Shown here: piece after piece, positions 17,743 through 27,797 of the stretch
How positions within the stretch are numbered: position 1 is the stretch's first letter
Layout: each line of letters starts with the position of its first letter
The notes under the pieces: generated by a model
Seen by the model: the letters and a program-made list of their open reading frames with translations, nothing else
Databases searched by the model: none
What the model was told of the DNA's origin: nothing
Position numbers and translations under genes: made by a program
From: Candidatus Adlerbacteria bacterium
GTDB taxonomy: Bacteria > Patescibacteriota > Minisyncoccia > Phycocordibacterales > SBAW01
Reading direction: 5' to 3'
DNA: 64,000 nt
Assembly (NCBI GenBank): GCA_029288895.1
Contig: JARIGK010000004.1
Span: 77,621 to 141,620, forward strand

Positions 17743-18821
17743 AAAATATCAAAGACGCAGATGTCCACGGTAAGCGCGTGCTTGTACATACAGACTTTGA
17801 TGTCCCGTTGAAGAATGGCGCCGTCGCAGACGACTTCCGCATTCGCGCAGCATTGCCAACGCTGCAACTTTTGAAGGAGAGAGGTGCGACGCAGATTGTC
17901 ATTATTTCGAAACTTGGTCGCCCAGGAGGAAAGGTAGTGGAGGAATTGCGCATGGCGCCTATTGCGGCACATCTTGCGACACTTATTGATATGTCGAATA
18001 TCGAGGTGCGGGAAAATTTGCGCTTTGACCCGCGCGAGGAAGCAAGCGACGAAAGTTATGCGAAAGAGTTAGCGACGTTGGGAGACATCTTTGTAAATGA
18101 AGCATTTGCCGACAGCCATCGCGCACATGCATCGATTGTTGGGATACCGAAATTCCTCCCGAGCTACGCGGGGCTGCGTTTTGCCGAAGAGGTTGTGCGC
18201 GTGAGCGAGGCGCTCGTGCCACCTCAAAAATCACTCGCAATCATTGGTGGTGCAAAATTTGAAACAAAACAGCCGTTGCTTGAGGCGCTTGTATCGCGCT
18301 ACGGCACAATATTCCTTGGCGGCGCACTCGCAAATGATTTGCTCAAGAGCCGCGGTATGCCTGTTGGGGCGTCACTTATTTCTGAAACGCCTATACCGGC
18401 ATCACTCGCAGAAAATTTCCATATCCAAGCGCCTGTTGATTTAGTGGTGCGAACGGGGGAGGGCGCTGCTCGCTCAGCGAAGACGGGTGATGTGCATCAC
18501 GACGAACGCATCGTCGACATTGGCGAAAATACCGCAGCCCAGTGGGGTGAACAAATAAAAAGCGCAGAGTTTGTGCTGTGGAACGGCCCCGTCGGAATTT
18601 ATGAGGATAGTTTTGTTGGAGGAACTGATGTGTTGGCAGGGGCACTTGCAAGCTCGCCGTGCCGCGCAATTGTCGGAGGCGGTGATACAGCCGCGGCGCT
18701 GTCGAAATTCTCGTTCGACCCTGCACGTGTCTTTATTTCGACAGGCGGCGGCGCGATGCTCGAGTTGTTGGCAAAAGGCACACTGCCCGGCATCGAAGCA
18801 CTTACATCTTCGAAGGAATAA
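17730..18821 (+). CDS. pgk: Phosphoglycerate kinase
   Basis: ENLRF, HRAHAS, GGAK, WNGPVG, GGGDT, ISTGGGA. Confidence 0.96.
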   Translation: MPGIKNIKDADVHGKRVLVHTDFDVPLKNGAVADDFRIRAALPTLQLLKERGATQIVIISKLGRPGGKVVEELRMAPIAAHLATLIDMSNIEVRENLRFDPREEASDESYAKELATLGDIFVNEAFADSHRAHASIVGIPKFLPSYAGLRFAEEVVRVSEALVPPQKSLAIIGGAKFETKQPLLEALVSRYGTIFLGGALANDLLKSRGMPVGASLISETPIPASLAENFHIQAPVDLVVRTGEGAARSAKTGDVHHDERIVDIGENTAAQWGEQIKSAEFVLWNGPVGIYEDSFVGGTDVLAGALASSPCRAIVGGGDTAAALSKFSFDPARVFISTGGGAMLELLAKGTLPGIEALTSSKE

Positions 18822-19110
18822 GGTGGACGTGCACATGGGGCACGTCTTTGCCCACAATAGAGAGGTGGATATAGTCAGCGCTATATTCGCTTTTTAGTTT
18901 TTGCGCGAGCATTTTTGCACGGCGGAAGAGATTGTCGGAAAGGTCGTCCGGCAGATCCTGAAACCATTGGTGGTGTGCTTTAGGGATGAGGAGGGTGTGG
19001 CCAGGTGCGTTAGGGTGGATGTCGAGGAATGCGATGAATTCGTCATCCTCAAATGTCTTTTGTGCTGGGATTTCGCCCGCGACAATCTTGCAGAAAATAC
19101 AGTTTTCCAT
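18802..19110 (-). CDS. HIT family protein
   Basis: CIFCKI, PGHTLLIPK, VPHVHVHLIP. Confidence 0.95.
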   Translation of the reverse strand: MENCIFCKIVAGEIPAQKTFEDDEFIAFLDIHPNAPGHTLLIPKAHHQWFQDLPDDLSDNLFRRAKMLAQKLKSEYSADYIHLSIVGKDVPHVHVHLIPSKM

Positions 19111-19132
19111 ACCCCTCCATTATACTGATGAG

Positions 19133-20794
19133 ATGCGGAAAGAGTATCGCCTGCGCGACAGGGCCCACGAAGACCTACTTCAAGACCTGCTACACGCTCG
19201 CGGTATTGAAGATACTGAACTCCAGCAGATGTTCCTCTCGCCTGACTTCGAGCGCGACAGCCACGACCCGATGCTATTGCCCGACATGGAAAAAGCAGTG
19301 GCGCGTGTGTGGGATGCAAAACAAAGAGGCGAGAAAGTTGCGGTGTGGAGCGACTACGACGCTGACGGTTTGCCTGCGGGCGTCATGCTTACGCAATTTT
19401 TAAAGAGTATTGGAGTTGATGTTATTCATCACATCCCACATCGCAATAACGAAGGCTTTGGGTTGAATGAAAACGGCATCGCTATGCTTGCAGAAAAAGG
19501 CGTAACGCTGATGATTACGGCCGACTGCGGCACCACGGACACACAACAAATGCTGTTTGCAAAAGAAAAAGGCATCGACACGATTGTGACAGACCACCAC
19601 ATTGTGCCCGAGCCTATACCGACCGCACAGTTTGCACTGATTAACCCGCACCGCCCCGACAGCGCATACCCATTCCATGAACTATGCGGCGCCGGCACCG
19701 CGTGGAAGTTGGTGCAGGGTATATTGCAAAAACATCGGCCGGAAAACTACATGAAAGGGGAAGAGAAGTGGTTTTTAGATTTGGTAGGTATCGCAACCCT
19801 TTCCGATATGGTGTTGCTGCAGGGCGAAAACAGAATGTTGGCCCACTTTGGGTTGGTTGTCATGCGCCGCGCACGCCGCCCGGGGTTGGCTGCACTCCTT
19901 AAACTTTTGAAAATGAAACCCACAACGATTACTGAAGATGATGTTGGGTTTATGATCTCGCCGCGCATCAACGCCGCATCGCGCATGGGCGACCCGATGG
20001 TCGCGGCGCGCTTGCTCGCCGCGGGGGAAGATGACAACCCAGCAATACTTGCAGAAGAACTCCAGGCATTAAATGACGAGCGGAAGGGTGTGGTGGCTGC
20101 GACTGTCAAAGAAGCAAACAAACGCTTGAGCGAAATGACACCAAGCCCGCTTATTGTCTTAGGCAGCCCCAACTGGCGGCCGGGGATTTTGGGGCTTGTA
20201 GCGAGCGCGCTTGTCGAGGCGCACGGGAAGCCCGTCTTTTTGTGGGGGCGCGAAGGCGGCGACACACTCAAAGGCTCGTGCCGCTCGGACGGTGCAGTAA
20301 ACATTGTGGAGTGTATGCGCGGCGCGCATGATGTGTTTGCCGACTACGGCGGGCATCATGGCGCTGGCGGGTTTTCACTGACAGAAGAACATGCGCATGA
20401 ACTGCATCCAAAGTTGGAACAGGCGTACACATCGCTCCAAACAAGCACGCCTGCTGCAGTAGAGGTTGTGATAGATAGGGAAGTGGAGTTGGCCGAGCTT
20501 GCACATGCGTTGCGCGCGGTGCAAAAATTGGCACCCTTTGGCGTGGGCCATACAAAGCCGCTTTTTAAAATCCCGAATGTGCGCGTGGCGAATATAAAAA
20601 TGTTTGGCAAAACACAAAATCACTTAGGGCTCACTCTTACCACTAACTCTGCCCGCGCCGAGGGCGTCGCGTTTTTCTCGGGCCCCGACTCATTCCAAAA
20701 ACCCATTACTGTTGGTTCTACTTACTCCATCGTCGGCCATATCGAACTCGACTGGCGCGGCGCCCTCCGCATCCGCATCATCGACGTCCTGTAA
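19133..20794 (+). CDS. recJ: ssDNA exonuclease RecJ
   Basis: DYDADG, TADCG, TDHH, PRINAASRM, GSCRS, GGHHGAGG. Confidence 0.96.
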   Translation: MRKEYRLRDRAHEDLLQDLLHARGIEDTELQQMFLSPDFERDSHDPMLLPDMEKAVARVWDAKQRGEKVAVWSDYDADGLPAGVMLTQFLKSIGVDVIHHIPHRNNEGFGLNENGIAMLAEKGVTLMITADCGTTDTQQMLFAKEKGIDTIVTDHHIVPEPIPTAQFALINPHRPDSAYPFHELCGAGTAWKLVQGILQKHRPENYMKGEEKWFLDLVGIATLSDMVLLQGENRMLAHFGLVVMRRARRPGLAALLKLLKMKPTTITEDDVGFMISPRINAASRMGDPMVAARLLAAGEDDNPAILAEELQALNDERKGVVAATVKEANKRLSEMTPSPLIVLGSPNWRPGILGLVASALVEAHGKPVFLWGREGGDTLKGSCRSDGAVNIVECMRGAHDVFADYGGHHGAGGFSLTEEHAHELHPKLEQAYTSLQTSTPAAVEVVIDREVELAELAHALRAVQKLAPFGVGHTKPLFKIPNVRVANIKMFGKTQNHLGLTLTTNSARAEGVAFFSGPDSFQKPITVGSTYSIVGHIELDWRGALRIRIIDVL

Positions 20795-20802
20795 ATTTTT
20801 CC

Positions 20803-20835
20803 AAAAGAAAAACCCGCGTCGTTTCCGACGCGGGT
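20803..20835 (-). terminator. Terminator of orphan 20842..21246
   Basis: AAAAGAAAAACCCGCGTCG-TTTC-CGACGCGGGT. Confidence 0.75.
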
Positions 20836-20841
20836 AGTAAT

Positions 20842-21246
20842 CTAGAAGAGGCAGCCTTGCTGGAGCTCCTTCAGTACATGTGTACTCAGAAGATCGGAAC
20901 GAACGTGCTCCACCTTCATGTTCGCGCAGTAATCACGGGTTTTCGGAATCACCCATTCGATATTCGGATAGGCTTCCTTCACCTCGTCAATGAGCCATGA
21001 CGTGAAGTTGCAGCACTCGCTAAGAAGTAGAACCTTCTTCGCTTTCGGCGCTTCTTTCATGTACGTCTTGAATCCTTCTTTGTCGAGTTCGAAACGCCAC
21101 GTAGTAACTTGGGTGACGTATCCTTTGGCCTGACCTGAGGCACACGGCACGATAAAGACAGTGTCGATCCCGTCCAGTTGGAAGGGGAACGAGCCTTCGT
21201 CCTTAATCACCTTGAGAAACTCCGAAGTCGTATAGATGCCACGCAT
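20842..21246 (-). CDS. Orphan hypothetical protein
   Basis: CAGGAG SD before MRGIYT; own terminator. Confidence 0.6.
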   Translation of the reverse strand: MRGIYTTSEFLKVIKDEGSFPFQLDGIDTVFIVPCASGQAKGYVTQVTTWRFELDKEGFKTYMKEAPKAKKVLLLSECCNFTSWLIDEVKEAYPNIEWVIPKTRDYCANMKVEHVRSDLLSTHVLKELQQGCLF

Positions 21247-21330
21247 TTCTGTCTCCTGGGTTGTGATGAACGTTCTGGCAACAGTATGCACCCGTATTTG
21301 ACATAGTTCAAAAATAATGGCTTTTTATGC

Positions 21331-21359
21331 TTGACAGTCAAAAATATTTTGACTAAAAT
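21331..21359 (+). promoter_or_regulatory. Sigma70 promoter TTGACA-N17-TAAAAT containing palindrome AGTCAAAA-ATA-TTTTGACT
   Basis: Near-perfect consensus; 8-bp inverted repeat spans spacer; ATG 7 nt after -10. Confidence 0.75.
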
Positions 21360-21365
21360 AGGGCA

Positions 21366-22202
21366 ATGCTAGGAACACCCAAGCAAAGTATTGAGGACTT
21401 GATAGTCGAGGCGCTGGCAAAAAAGCCTTATATTGCAGGCCCAGAGTTGGTTGCTTCTATACAAAAAGAGCGCCCTAACACCACAAAACAGGCGGTATAT
21501 ATAGCGCTCAAAACACTGCTTGCGAGCGAAACGGTGGCTAAGGCGGGCGGCGAATATTTCCTTACCCGTGTGTGGCTCGGGAAGATCCAGCGTTTGTTGG
21601 GGTTGAAGAATGAGACGCAGAATGTGCCGGACGCCATCTTCGATTTGCAAGATGGTGAATCTATCTCATATCGCTTCCCAAGCTTGTTGTCGTGTGACAC
21701 CTATTGGGCGCACATCTTTAACACGCTTGTTGAATGGACGCCCAAAGAGCGCCCAATTTGTATCTGGAACCCGCATGAATGGTTCGCCGTTGGCCGCACC
21801 GAAGTCGAAAAAGAAATCTTTAACGAATATGAGCGTCACGACAAATATATTTTCCATACCATTGGTGGCCGTACGGCGCTTGACCGTGCATTTCTTAAAG
21901 AGTGGGGGAGCAAGCGCGTGCAAATCAATATGGATGAAAATTTCCTTCCGCAGAATTACTATCTAAACGTATTTGGAGATTTTATTGTGGAAGTGTTTTT
22001 TGATGACGCAATTGTAGGAAAGATAGAAGCGTTTTATCAGAAATATGAAACGTTGACGCCGGAAAACACGAAGGAGTTCGAAAAGCTGCTTGAAGAAAAA
22101 TATCCCGTGCGTATGAAAATTTCTCACAAAAAGAAAAAAGCTGCAGAACTCCGCAAACAGCTTTCCAAAGAGTTCTACGTTCCAGAACATTTGAATCTGT
22201 AA
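21366..22202 (+). CDS. Putative wHTH-domain regulator
   Basis: N-term TTKQAVYIALKTL HTH-like helix; C-term loosely resembles TrmB effector domain. Confidence 0.65.
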   Translation: MLGTPKQSIEDLIVEALAKKPYIAGPELVASIQKERPNTTKQAVYIALKTLLASETVAKAGGEYFLTRVWLGKIQRLLGLKNETQNVPDAIFDLQDGESISYRFPSLLSCDTYWAHIFNTLVEWTPKERPICIWNPHEWFAVGRTEVEKEIFNEYERHDKYIFHTIGGRTALDRAFLKEWGSKRVQINMDENFLPQNYYLNVFGDFIVEVFFDDAIVGKIEAFYQKYETLTPENTKEFEKLLEEKYPVRMKISHKKKKAAELRKQLSKEFYVPEHLNL

Positions 22203-22229
22203 AAAGAAAAACCCGACCGAAGTCGGGTT
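22201..22229 (-). terminator. Terminator of orphan 22228..22749
   Basis: AAAAAGAAAAACCCGAC-CGAA-GTCGGGTT. Confidence 0.7.
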
Positions 22230-22749
22230 ATGCTCTGCGCTTTCGATAGATGCGCTTGGTGGATTGAATCGTCACAGCTCGCAGAGTGTCGGCAAGAATG
22301 ACACGCTTACTGGTGCCTCGAAAAGCAATCATCCCAACGTACTGCCTTTTGGTTTCGTGAGGCATGATGAGGTGTGGGACGCCGTGGCCACCAGGCTCAC
22401 CAAGTTCGTATTCAACGCATACGCGAGCTTGTGTAGCGAGGTTTTCGAGCATCATTAATGCTTCGGCATTCACTTGGGGAAGAAGCTTCCGATGGCTTTC
22501 ATCCTCCACTGTCATCTTCAGTAGAGTCTGCTGTAGTTCGTCTGTGATGCGCCAGCGCGTAAGACCGTCTTGGCTTTCTGTGATGATGTGAGGCAGAAGG
22601 CGTGTATATCCGTAGAGATATCCTACGCGCCCATACGTTGCCCAGTTTGGTCGTCTCGCCAACAGATTGAGAGCGACACGTAGGTCATGTATTGGGTGCT
22701 GTGGGTTAGGGCATCTGTCGAGGACGCGGTGCCATGGTGTTTGAGCCAC
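22228..22749 (-). CDS. Orphan hypothetical protein
   Basis: GGGAG SD before GTG 22749; own terminator. Confidence 0.55.
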   Translation of the reverse strand: MAQTPWHRVLDRCPNPQHPIHDLRVALNLLARRPNWATYGRVGYLYGYTRLLPHIITESQDGLTRWRITDELQQTLLKMTVEDESHRKLLPQVNAEALMMLENLATQARVCVEYELGEPGGHGVPHLIMPHETKRQYVGMIAFRGTSKRVILADTLRAVTIQSTKRIYRKRRA

Positions 22750-22811
22750 GATGTTACTCCCTTTGAAGTGCTTTGTCCGCACTGTAATTACTTTTGCGAT
22801 ATACTGCAAGC

Positions 22812-23516
22812 GTGGAAAAAATTACTATTTTTACTGATGGCGCGTCGAAGGGGAATCCGGGCAGGGGCGGGTGGGGCGCGATCGTAAGTGATGGGGAGAC
22901 GGTTGTGGAGTTGGGGGCACGCGACGAACATACGACCAACAACAAAATGGAACTGACGGGTGCGCTCGAGGCGCTCCGAAATGCGCCGCATGCGGAATGG
23001 CCGGCGGTTATCTACACTGATTCGAAGTATGTGATCAACGGCATCACCAAGTGGGTCAAAGGGTGGGAGCGCAACGGATGGATGACGCAGCAGAAAGAGC
23101 CGGTATTGAATAGAGAATTGTGGGAGCAATTGCTCGATGCGACACGTGCGCGCACCGGAAAGATTCAGTGGGAGTATGTTGGCGGCCACGTCGGCATTGC
23201 CGGTAATGAACGAGTCGATGAGATCGCCTCTAACTTTGCAGATAATATCCCAGTCGAACTCTACTCGGGTCCCGCTTCTGCCTACACAGTTGCTATCGAA
23301 AATTTAAATTTTGACGAGATAAAGCAAAAAGAAAAATCTGCATCAAGCAAGCGCTCAAATGCAAAAGCCTATTCGTACGTCAGTAAGGTTGATGGTGTTA
23401 TTGAGGTACATAAAACATGGGCCGAGTGTGAAGCTCGCGTCAAAGGCCGTGCTGCACGTTTTAAGAAAGCTACGTCGCCCGAAGAAGAGGCGGAGATTAT
23501 AGAATCTTTTTCATAA
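22812..23516 (+). CDS. rnhA: Ribonuclease HI with C-terminal hybrid-binding (viroplasmin-like) domain
   Basis: FTDGASKGNPGRGGWG, TTNNKMEL, YTDSKY, GHVGIAGNERVD; C-term TWAECEARVKG. Confidence 0.95.
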   Translation: MEKITIFTDGASKGNPGRGGWGAIVSDGETVVELGARDEHTTNNKMELTGALEALRNAPHAEWPAVIYTDSKYVINGITKWVKGWERNGWMTQQKEPVLNRELWEQLLDATRARTGKIQWEYVGGHVGIAGNERVDEIASNFADNIPVELYSGPASAYTVAIENLNFDEIKQKEKSASSKRSNAKAYSYVSKVDGVIEVHKTWAECEARVKGRAARFKKATSPEEEAEIIESFS

Positions 23517-23558
23517 AATTTGAGCGAATCTATATCAGCCTTTCGCTAGAGTGCGAGG

Positions 23559-24941
23559 GTGAAGCCGCTCTATAGAAACATACTGCTTGCTCTCGGGTTT
23601 GTATGCATCTTTGCTGCGCGCGGTTTGATATATCAAACCAATTGGAACAGTCAGACACTGTTGCAGCTGGTGCATACAATTGACGCAGAAAAGGGGAAGA
23701 AGGTTGTGGTGGTGGGGAAGGTGGCAGACGACCCCGACAGGCGTGACACAACGCTGCATGTGAATGTTGATGTCGAAACTGTTGATGGCGTTCCAAAAAA
23801 CGGCACGCTTATCGCATTCTTCCCGCCCGAAACAAAACTGGAATATGGCCAACATGTTGTGGCGAAGGGGACGCTGCGCTTGCCCGATGCATTTGAAACA
23901 GAAACTGGCGTCTTTGATTACCCGCACTACCTACAAGCCCAAGGAATTTCTGCGATGCTTACAAGTGCGCAGCTTTCTTCGTCGTCATCCGTACACATTT
24001 CTTTGTTTGGAGTGTTGTATGGCATCAAACATATGTTTGATGCATCGCTCGAGAAAATTTTTATCCCGCCGCATGGTGCACTCATCGACGGCGTCTTGCT
24101 TGGCGAACGCCGCGGCATCCCTGACGATTTGCAACGCGCATTTATTGTCTCGAGCTTGGTGCACATCGTTGTCCTTTCGGGCCACGTACTCACTTTGGTG
24201 GCCGACGCCATTATGCGCACGCTTGGCTTTTTGCCGCGCAAATACAAATATCCGCTGGGCGCGCTTATGATCGTGCTCTTTGTATTGATGGTTGGTGCCT
24301 CGTCGACGGCAGTCCGTGCGGGCATTATGGCGCTCATTGGTTTGATAGGCCGCGTTGCACACCGGCACGCGGACGCACTGCGTTCGTTATTCATCGCAGC
24401 TGCCATAATGATTCTCTGGAACCCACCCGTCGTATTGTGGGACACATCATTTATTTTGAGCATGTTGGCTGCGTTTGGGTTGATCACGCTTTCGCCACTC
24501 GTAGAGACATGGCTACACTGGGTGCCAGAAAAGTTCGAGCTGCGCGCGATCGCTACATCAACCTTGTCTGTCGAAATTTTTATTGTGCCCGCGCTTCTGT
24601 ACTTCACTGGAACATTTTCTGTTTTTGCATTGCCCGCGAACATACTCGCATTGCCGGTGTTGCCGTGGGCAATGTTGTTTGGATTTTTGGCAGGTGCGCT
24701 AAACTTGCTACCCGGTGTTGCTGGTGTAGTGCTCGCATTTGTGCCAGCGTTTTTTGCGCAACTACTTCTGCGCTGGATCATCTATATTGCCACCACGATA
24801 CAAAGTATCCCGCACTCGAGTTACCTCGTGCGCGGGTTTCCTTTGTGGGCGATGGCCCTGTGTCATGTGCCGCTTATTGCGGTTTCCAGCTGGACAATGC
24901 GGCGAATCGCTCCTCGACGAGCGACCAGTTCAAATTCTTAA
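23559..24941 (+). CDS. comEC: Competence protein ComEC (no MBL domain)
   Basis: OB-like N-term, FDYPHYL, HIVVLSG, VRAGIMA, SFILS, ANILALP. Confidence 0.93.
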   Translation: MKPLYRNILLALGFVCIFAARGLIYQTNWNSQTLLQLVHTIDAEKGKKVVVVGKVADDPDRRDTTLHVNVDVETVDGVPKNGTLIAFFPPETKLEYGQHVVAKGTLRLPDAFETETGVFDYPHYLQAQGISAMLTSAQLSSSSSVHISLFGVLYGIKHMFDASLEKIFIPPHGALIDGVLLGERRGIPDDLQRAFIVSSLVHIVVLSGHVLTLVADAIMRTLGFLPRKYKYPLGALMIVLFVLMVGASSTAVRAGIMALIGLIGRVAHRHADALRSLFIAAAIMILWNPPVVLWDTSFILSMLAAFGLITLSPLVETWLHWVPEKFELRAIATSTLSVEIFIVPALLYFTGTFSVFALPANILALPVLPWAMLFGFLAGALNLLPGVAGVVLAFVPAFFAQLLLRWIIYIATTIQSIPHSSYLVRGFPLWAMALCHVPLIAVSSWTMRRIAPRRATSSNS

Positions 24942-25479
24942 AGAAGGCGTCGATATATTTTCCTTTGCCTTGTGCGCCATAGTCGACGAGGAAGGCATGC
25001 TCCCACACATCGAGTGCAAGCACGATAGGGAGGGTAACGAAGTGGCCCTGGTGCTGTTCGCCCGAGAAGCCTGCCAACAATTGCTGGCCGTATGCATCCC
25101 AGTAGAGGATAGCCCAGCCCGGTCCGCGCATATTTCCAATTGCTTTAAAGTACGGCTCGAAGTGCTCGGCCTTCATGTACTCCTTTTCGAATTGCTTGGC
25201 GAGCGCACTTTCTGGGTTGAGTGCTTTGGCGCCGCCTTCAAATTGCTGGAAGTAGTATTCGTGCAAACGCATGCCGCCAAACTCAAACGAGCGGCGGCGG
25301 ATCAGTTCTGACAGGGCGTGCGCGTTTGCCTCGCTGTCTTGTGCGTACTCAGGCAACTTTTTTGAGATTGCATTAAAGTTTTTTACGTAGCCTTGGTAGA
25401 GACCAATATGTTCTTCGACGGATTCGCTCGAGATGCCATCAAGCTCGGGGATGTTAAATGTCTTTGCGGTGTATTCCAT
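24874..25479 (-). CDS. sod: Fe/Mn superoxide dismutase
   Basis: EEH..LY.GYV, LHEYYF, LDVWEHAF..DYG. Confidence 0.93.
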   Translation of the reverse strand: MEYTAKTFNIPELDGISSESVEEHIGLYQGYVKNFNAISKKLPEYAQDSEANAHALSELIRRRSFEFGGMRLHEYYFQQFEGGAKALNPESALAKQFEKEYMKAEHFEPYFKAIGNMRGPGWAILYWDAYGQQLLAGFSGEQHQGHFVTLPIVLALDVWEHAFLVDYGAQGKGKYIDAFFKNLNWSLVEERFAALSSWKPQ

Positions 25480-25580
25480 ACAATAAATCTTAATGTGTAG
25501 TGTTCATATTCTATTGTACACGCCCCAAAAATTGACATGAAGAGCGAGGAGAGTATGGTGAGAAATGGAGGGCGCATGTA

Positions 25581-25763
25581 ATGGAACAAAACGAGAAAAA
25601 TAGTACTTTGCCGGACACACCGGAAGATCGGCCTGCGGGCCTTGTAATACTCGAGCGGGATATCGATGTGTTCGATAACCCATTCGATTTTGAACTCAAC
25701 TTTTGTCGCGGATGCGATAGAGAGGGAGAGTGTGACGACGGTGCATGTATGACCATGGGCTGA
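25581..25763 (+). CDS. Small Cys-rich protein (60 aa)
   Basis: GGAGG SD; C-term CxxC-x5-C-x4-C; terminator downstream. Confidence 0.55.
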   Translation: MEQNEKNSTLPDTPEDRPAGLVILERDIDVFDNPFDFELNFCRGCDREGECDDGACMTMG

Positions 25764-25796
25764 AAAAACAAAAAGGCGACCACAGGGGTCGCCTTT
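25764..25796. terminator. Bidirectional terminator (rpmB / small ORF)
   Basis: AAAGGCGACC/GGTCGCCTTT stem with A-tract. Confidence 0.75.
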
Positions 25797-25815
25797 ACTG
25801 TATTTGGAGTTCTAG

Positions 25816-26058
25816 TTAGATGAGGCCTGCTGCCTTGAGGGTCTTGTACGCACCGTTTTTAGCGATGGTCTTGAGGCCCTGGGTAGAAACGGTGACCGTA
25901 ACGCTCTTGTTGAGCTCCGGTACGAAAATGCGCTTCTTTTGCAAGTTAACCTGCTTGCGGACGTTGCCCGTTGGGTTGAACTTGGTAGCACGAATACGGT
26001 TGCTGTAGCCGCCTGCAACCTTCGAAGTCTTGCCCGTTATTTCGCAAACTTTTGCCAT
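25816..26058 (-). CDS. rpmB: 50S ribosomal protein L28
   Basis: MAKVCEITGK...NLQKKRIFVPE...VSTQGLKTI. Confidence 0.95.
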   Translation of the reverse strand: MAKVCEITGKTSKVAGGYSNRIRATKFNPTGNVRKQVNLQKKRIFVPELNKSVTVTVSTQGLKTIAKNGAYKTLKAAGLI

Positions 26059-26095
26059 ATCAGTTGTCGCGACATGATATCATTAATATATAAAT

Positions 26096-26728
26096 ATGCA
26101 AACGGACGTCATTTTTGGCCTTATTATTCTCATCATTTCGGTAATTTTGCACGAAGTGGCCCATGGCTACATGGCCAACTGGCTGGGCGACCCCACGGCG
26201 CGTTTAGCTGGCCGCCTTACCTTAAACCCGCTTTCGCACATCGACCCGGTGGGCTCCATTCTCCTGCCAGCGCTCCTTACTATGACTGGCTCGCCCTTCC
26301 TTATCGGGTACGCAAAGCCAGTGCCGTACAACCCCTACAACTTAAAGAGTGCATTGGGCGAGACATTGGTTGCGGCCGCGGGCCCGGGCACCAACTTGCT
26401 GTTGGCGCTTATCTTTGCAGCGCTTATCCGCACGGGCGGGGTAGCGATGGCGACACCGATGCTGTCGGCGTTTGCGACAATCGTGTACGTAAACCTTCTG
26501 TTGGCACTCTTTAATATCATCCCGATCCCGCCACTTGATGGCTCAAAAGTGTTGTCAGGCTTGCTTGGAACCCGCAACGCAGTGGGCCGCGCGTACGAGT
26601 CATTCCGTGTGAGCCTCGAACGTTTAGGCGTCCTTTCGGGCACGCTCGTGATGCTTATCGTCTTCTATGCGCTGTACCCATATTTTGCTTCGGTACTGCA
26701 ATGGCTCTTTGCCCTTTTGATAGGGTAG
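26096..26728 (+). CDS. Site-2 protease (M50) family
   Basis: HEVAH, GRLTLNPLSHIDP, AAAGP, FNIIPIPPLDG. Confidence 0.95.
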   Translation: MQTDVIFGLIILIISVILHEVAHGYMANWLGDPTARLAGRLTLNPLSHIDPVGSILLPALLTMTGSPFLIGYAKPVPYNPYNLKSALGETLVAAAGPGTNLLLALIFAALIRTGGVAMATPMLSAFATIVYVNLLLALFNIIPIPPLDGSKVLSGLLGTRNAVGRAYESFRVSLERLGVLSGTLVMLIVFYALYPYFASVLQWLFALLIG

Positions 26729-26802
26729 AGGGGCACCTAGTTGCACGGTTAACTTATATATAGTAGATTGTTGGCAACGCCTGACGGGCGTTTTTAATTC
26801 GA

Positions 26803-27219
26803 ATGGCACGTATCTCACAGCTTGTCCGCAAAGGACGCACACAACTGAAAGCAAAATCAAAGTCACCGGCTCTTGGCCGCGGCTTTAACGTGCTTAAGAA
26901 CCGCCCCGTCTTCTACCCGTCGCCATTTAAGCGCGGCGTTTGCACCAAGGTCACTACAATGACTCCTCGCAAGCCTAACTCCGCTATCCGCAAAATCGCC
27001 CGCGTACGCTTGACCAACGGTCAGGAAATCACCGCATACATCCCAGGTGAAGGCCACAACCTCCAGGAGCACTCAGTCGTCGTCGTTCGCGCAGGCCGCG
27101 TGAAGGACATCAACGTCCGCTACCAGATCGTCCGCGGTCGCTTGGATGCAGGTGCAGTCGAGAAGCGCAACGTCTCTCGCTCGCGCTACGGTGTTAAACG
27201 CTCAGGTGGCAAAAAATAA
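26803..27219 (+). CDS. rpsL: 30S ribosomal protein S12
   Basis: [25 protein letters not shown]. Confidence 0.98.
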   Translation: MARISQLVRKGRTQLKAKSKSPALGRGFNVLKNRPVFYPSPFKRGVCTKVTTMTPRKPNSAIRKIARVRLTNGQEITAYIPGEGHNLQEHSVVVVRAGRVKDINVRYQIVRGRLDAGAVEKRNVSRSRYGVKRSGGKK

Positions 27220-27235
27220 ATAAGGAATATTGTAT

Positions 27236-27706
27236 ATGCGTCGTCCAGTAAAAAATCGTAATATCGTCGGCCCGGACATGAAGTTCAACTCAACGAAGGT
27301 TGAGAAGTTCATCAACTCTGTTATGTGGGACGGCAAAAAGTCGACTGCCCGCAAGGTTGTCTACGATGCATTCGACATCATCCAGGAAAAGACCAAGGCA
27401 GAATCTCCATTGGAAGTATTTGAAACTGCGCTCCGCAACGTTGGCCCTGCAATGGAAATCCGTTCTCGCCGTGTCGGTGGTGCAAACTACCAGGTGCCGC
27501 GCGAAGTTCGCCCAGAGCGCAAGCAGGCTCTCGCGTACCGCTGGATCCTCCAGGCAGCACGCGCACGCAAAGGTATGCCGATGGCAAACCGCCTTGCAGA
27601 AGAAATCATTGCAGCATCGAACAACGAAGGTCCAGCAATCAAGAAGAAGGACGATACGCACAAGATGGCAGAGTCCAACAAAGCCTTCGCACACTTCGCT
27701 TGGTAA
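27236..27706 (+). CDS. rpsG: 30S ribosomal protein S7
   Basis: [23 protein letters not shown]. Confidence 0.98.
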   Translation: MRRPVKNRNIVGPDMKFNSTKVEKFINSVMWDGKKSTARKVVYDAFDIIQEKTKAESPLEVFETALRNVGPAMEIRSRRVGGANYQVPREVRPERKQALAYRWILQAARARKGMPMANRLAEEIIAASNNEGPAIKKKDDTHKMAESNKAFAHFAW

Positions 27707-27746
27707 TTTTTTTCAAGTTGGAAACTTCCTACTGATGAGGTAGGTT

Positions 27747-27780
27747 ACAAAGAGCGGCATATGCCGTTCTTTTGTTTTGT
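27747..27780 (+). terminator. Terminator after rpsG
   Basis: AAAGAGCGGCA/TGCCGTTCTTT stem plus T-tract. Confidence 0.7.
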
Positions 27781-27797
27781 AATAGGGGAGTAGCGTA

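Noticed and set aside
27721-27750. CTGATGAG hammerhead-like core
   Set aside because: No correctly placed GAAA or three-stem junction; it is just the loop of a CCTAC/GTAGG hairpin
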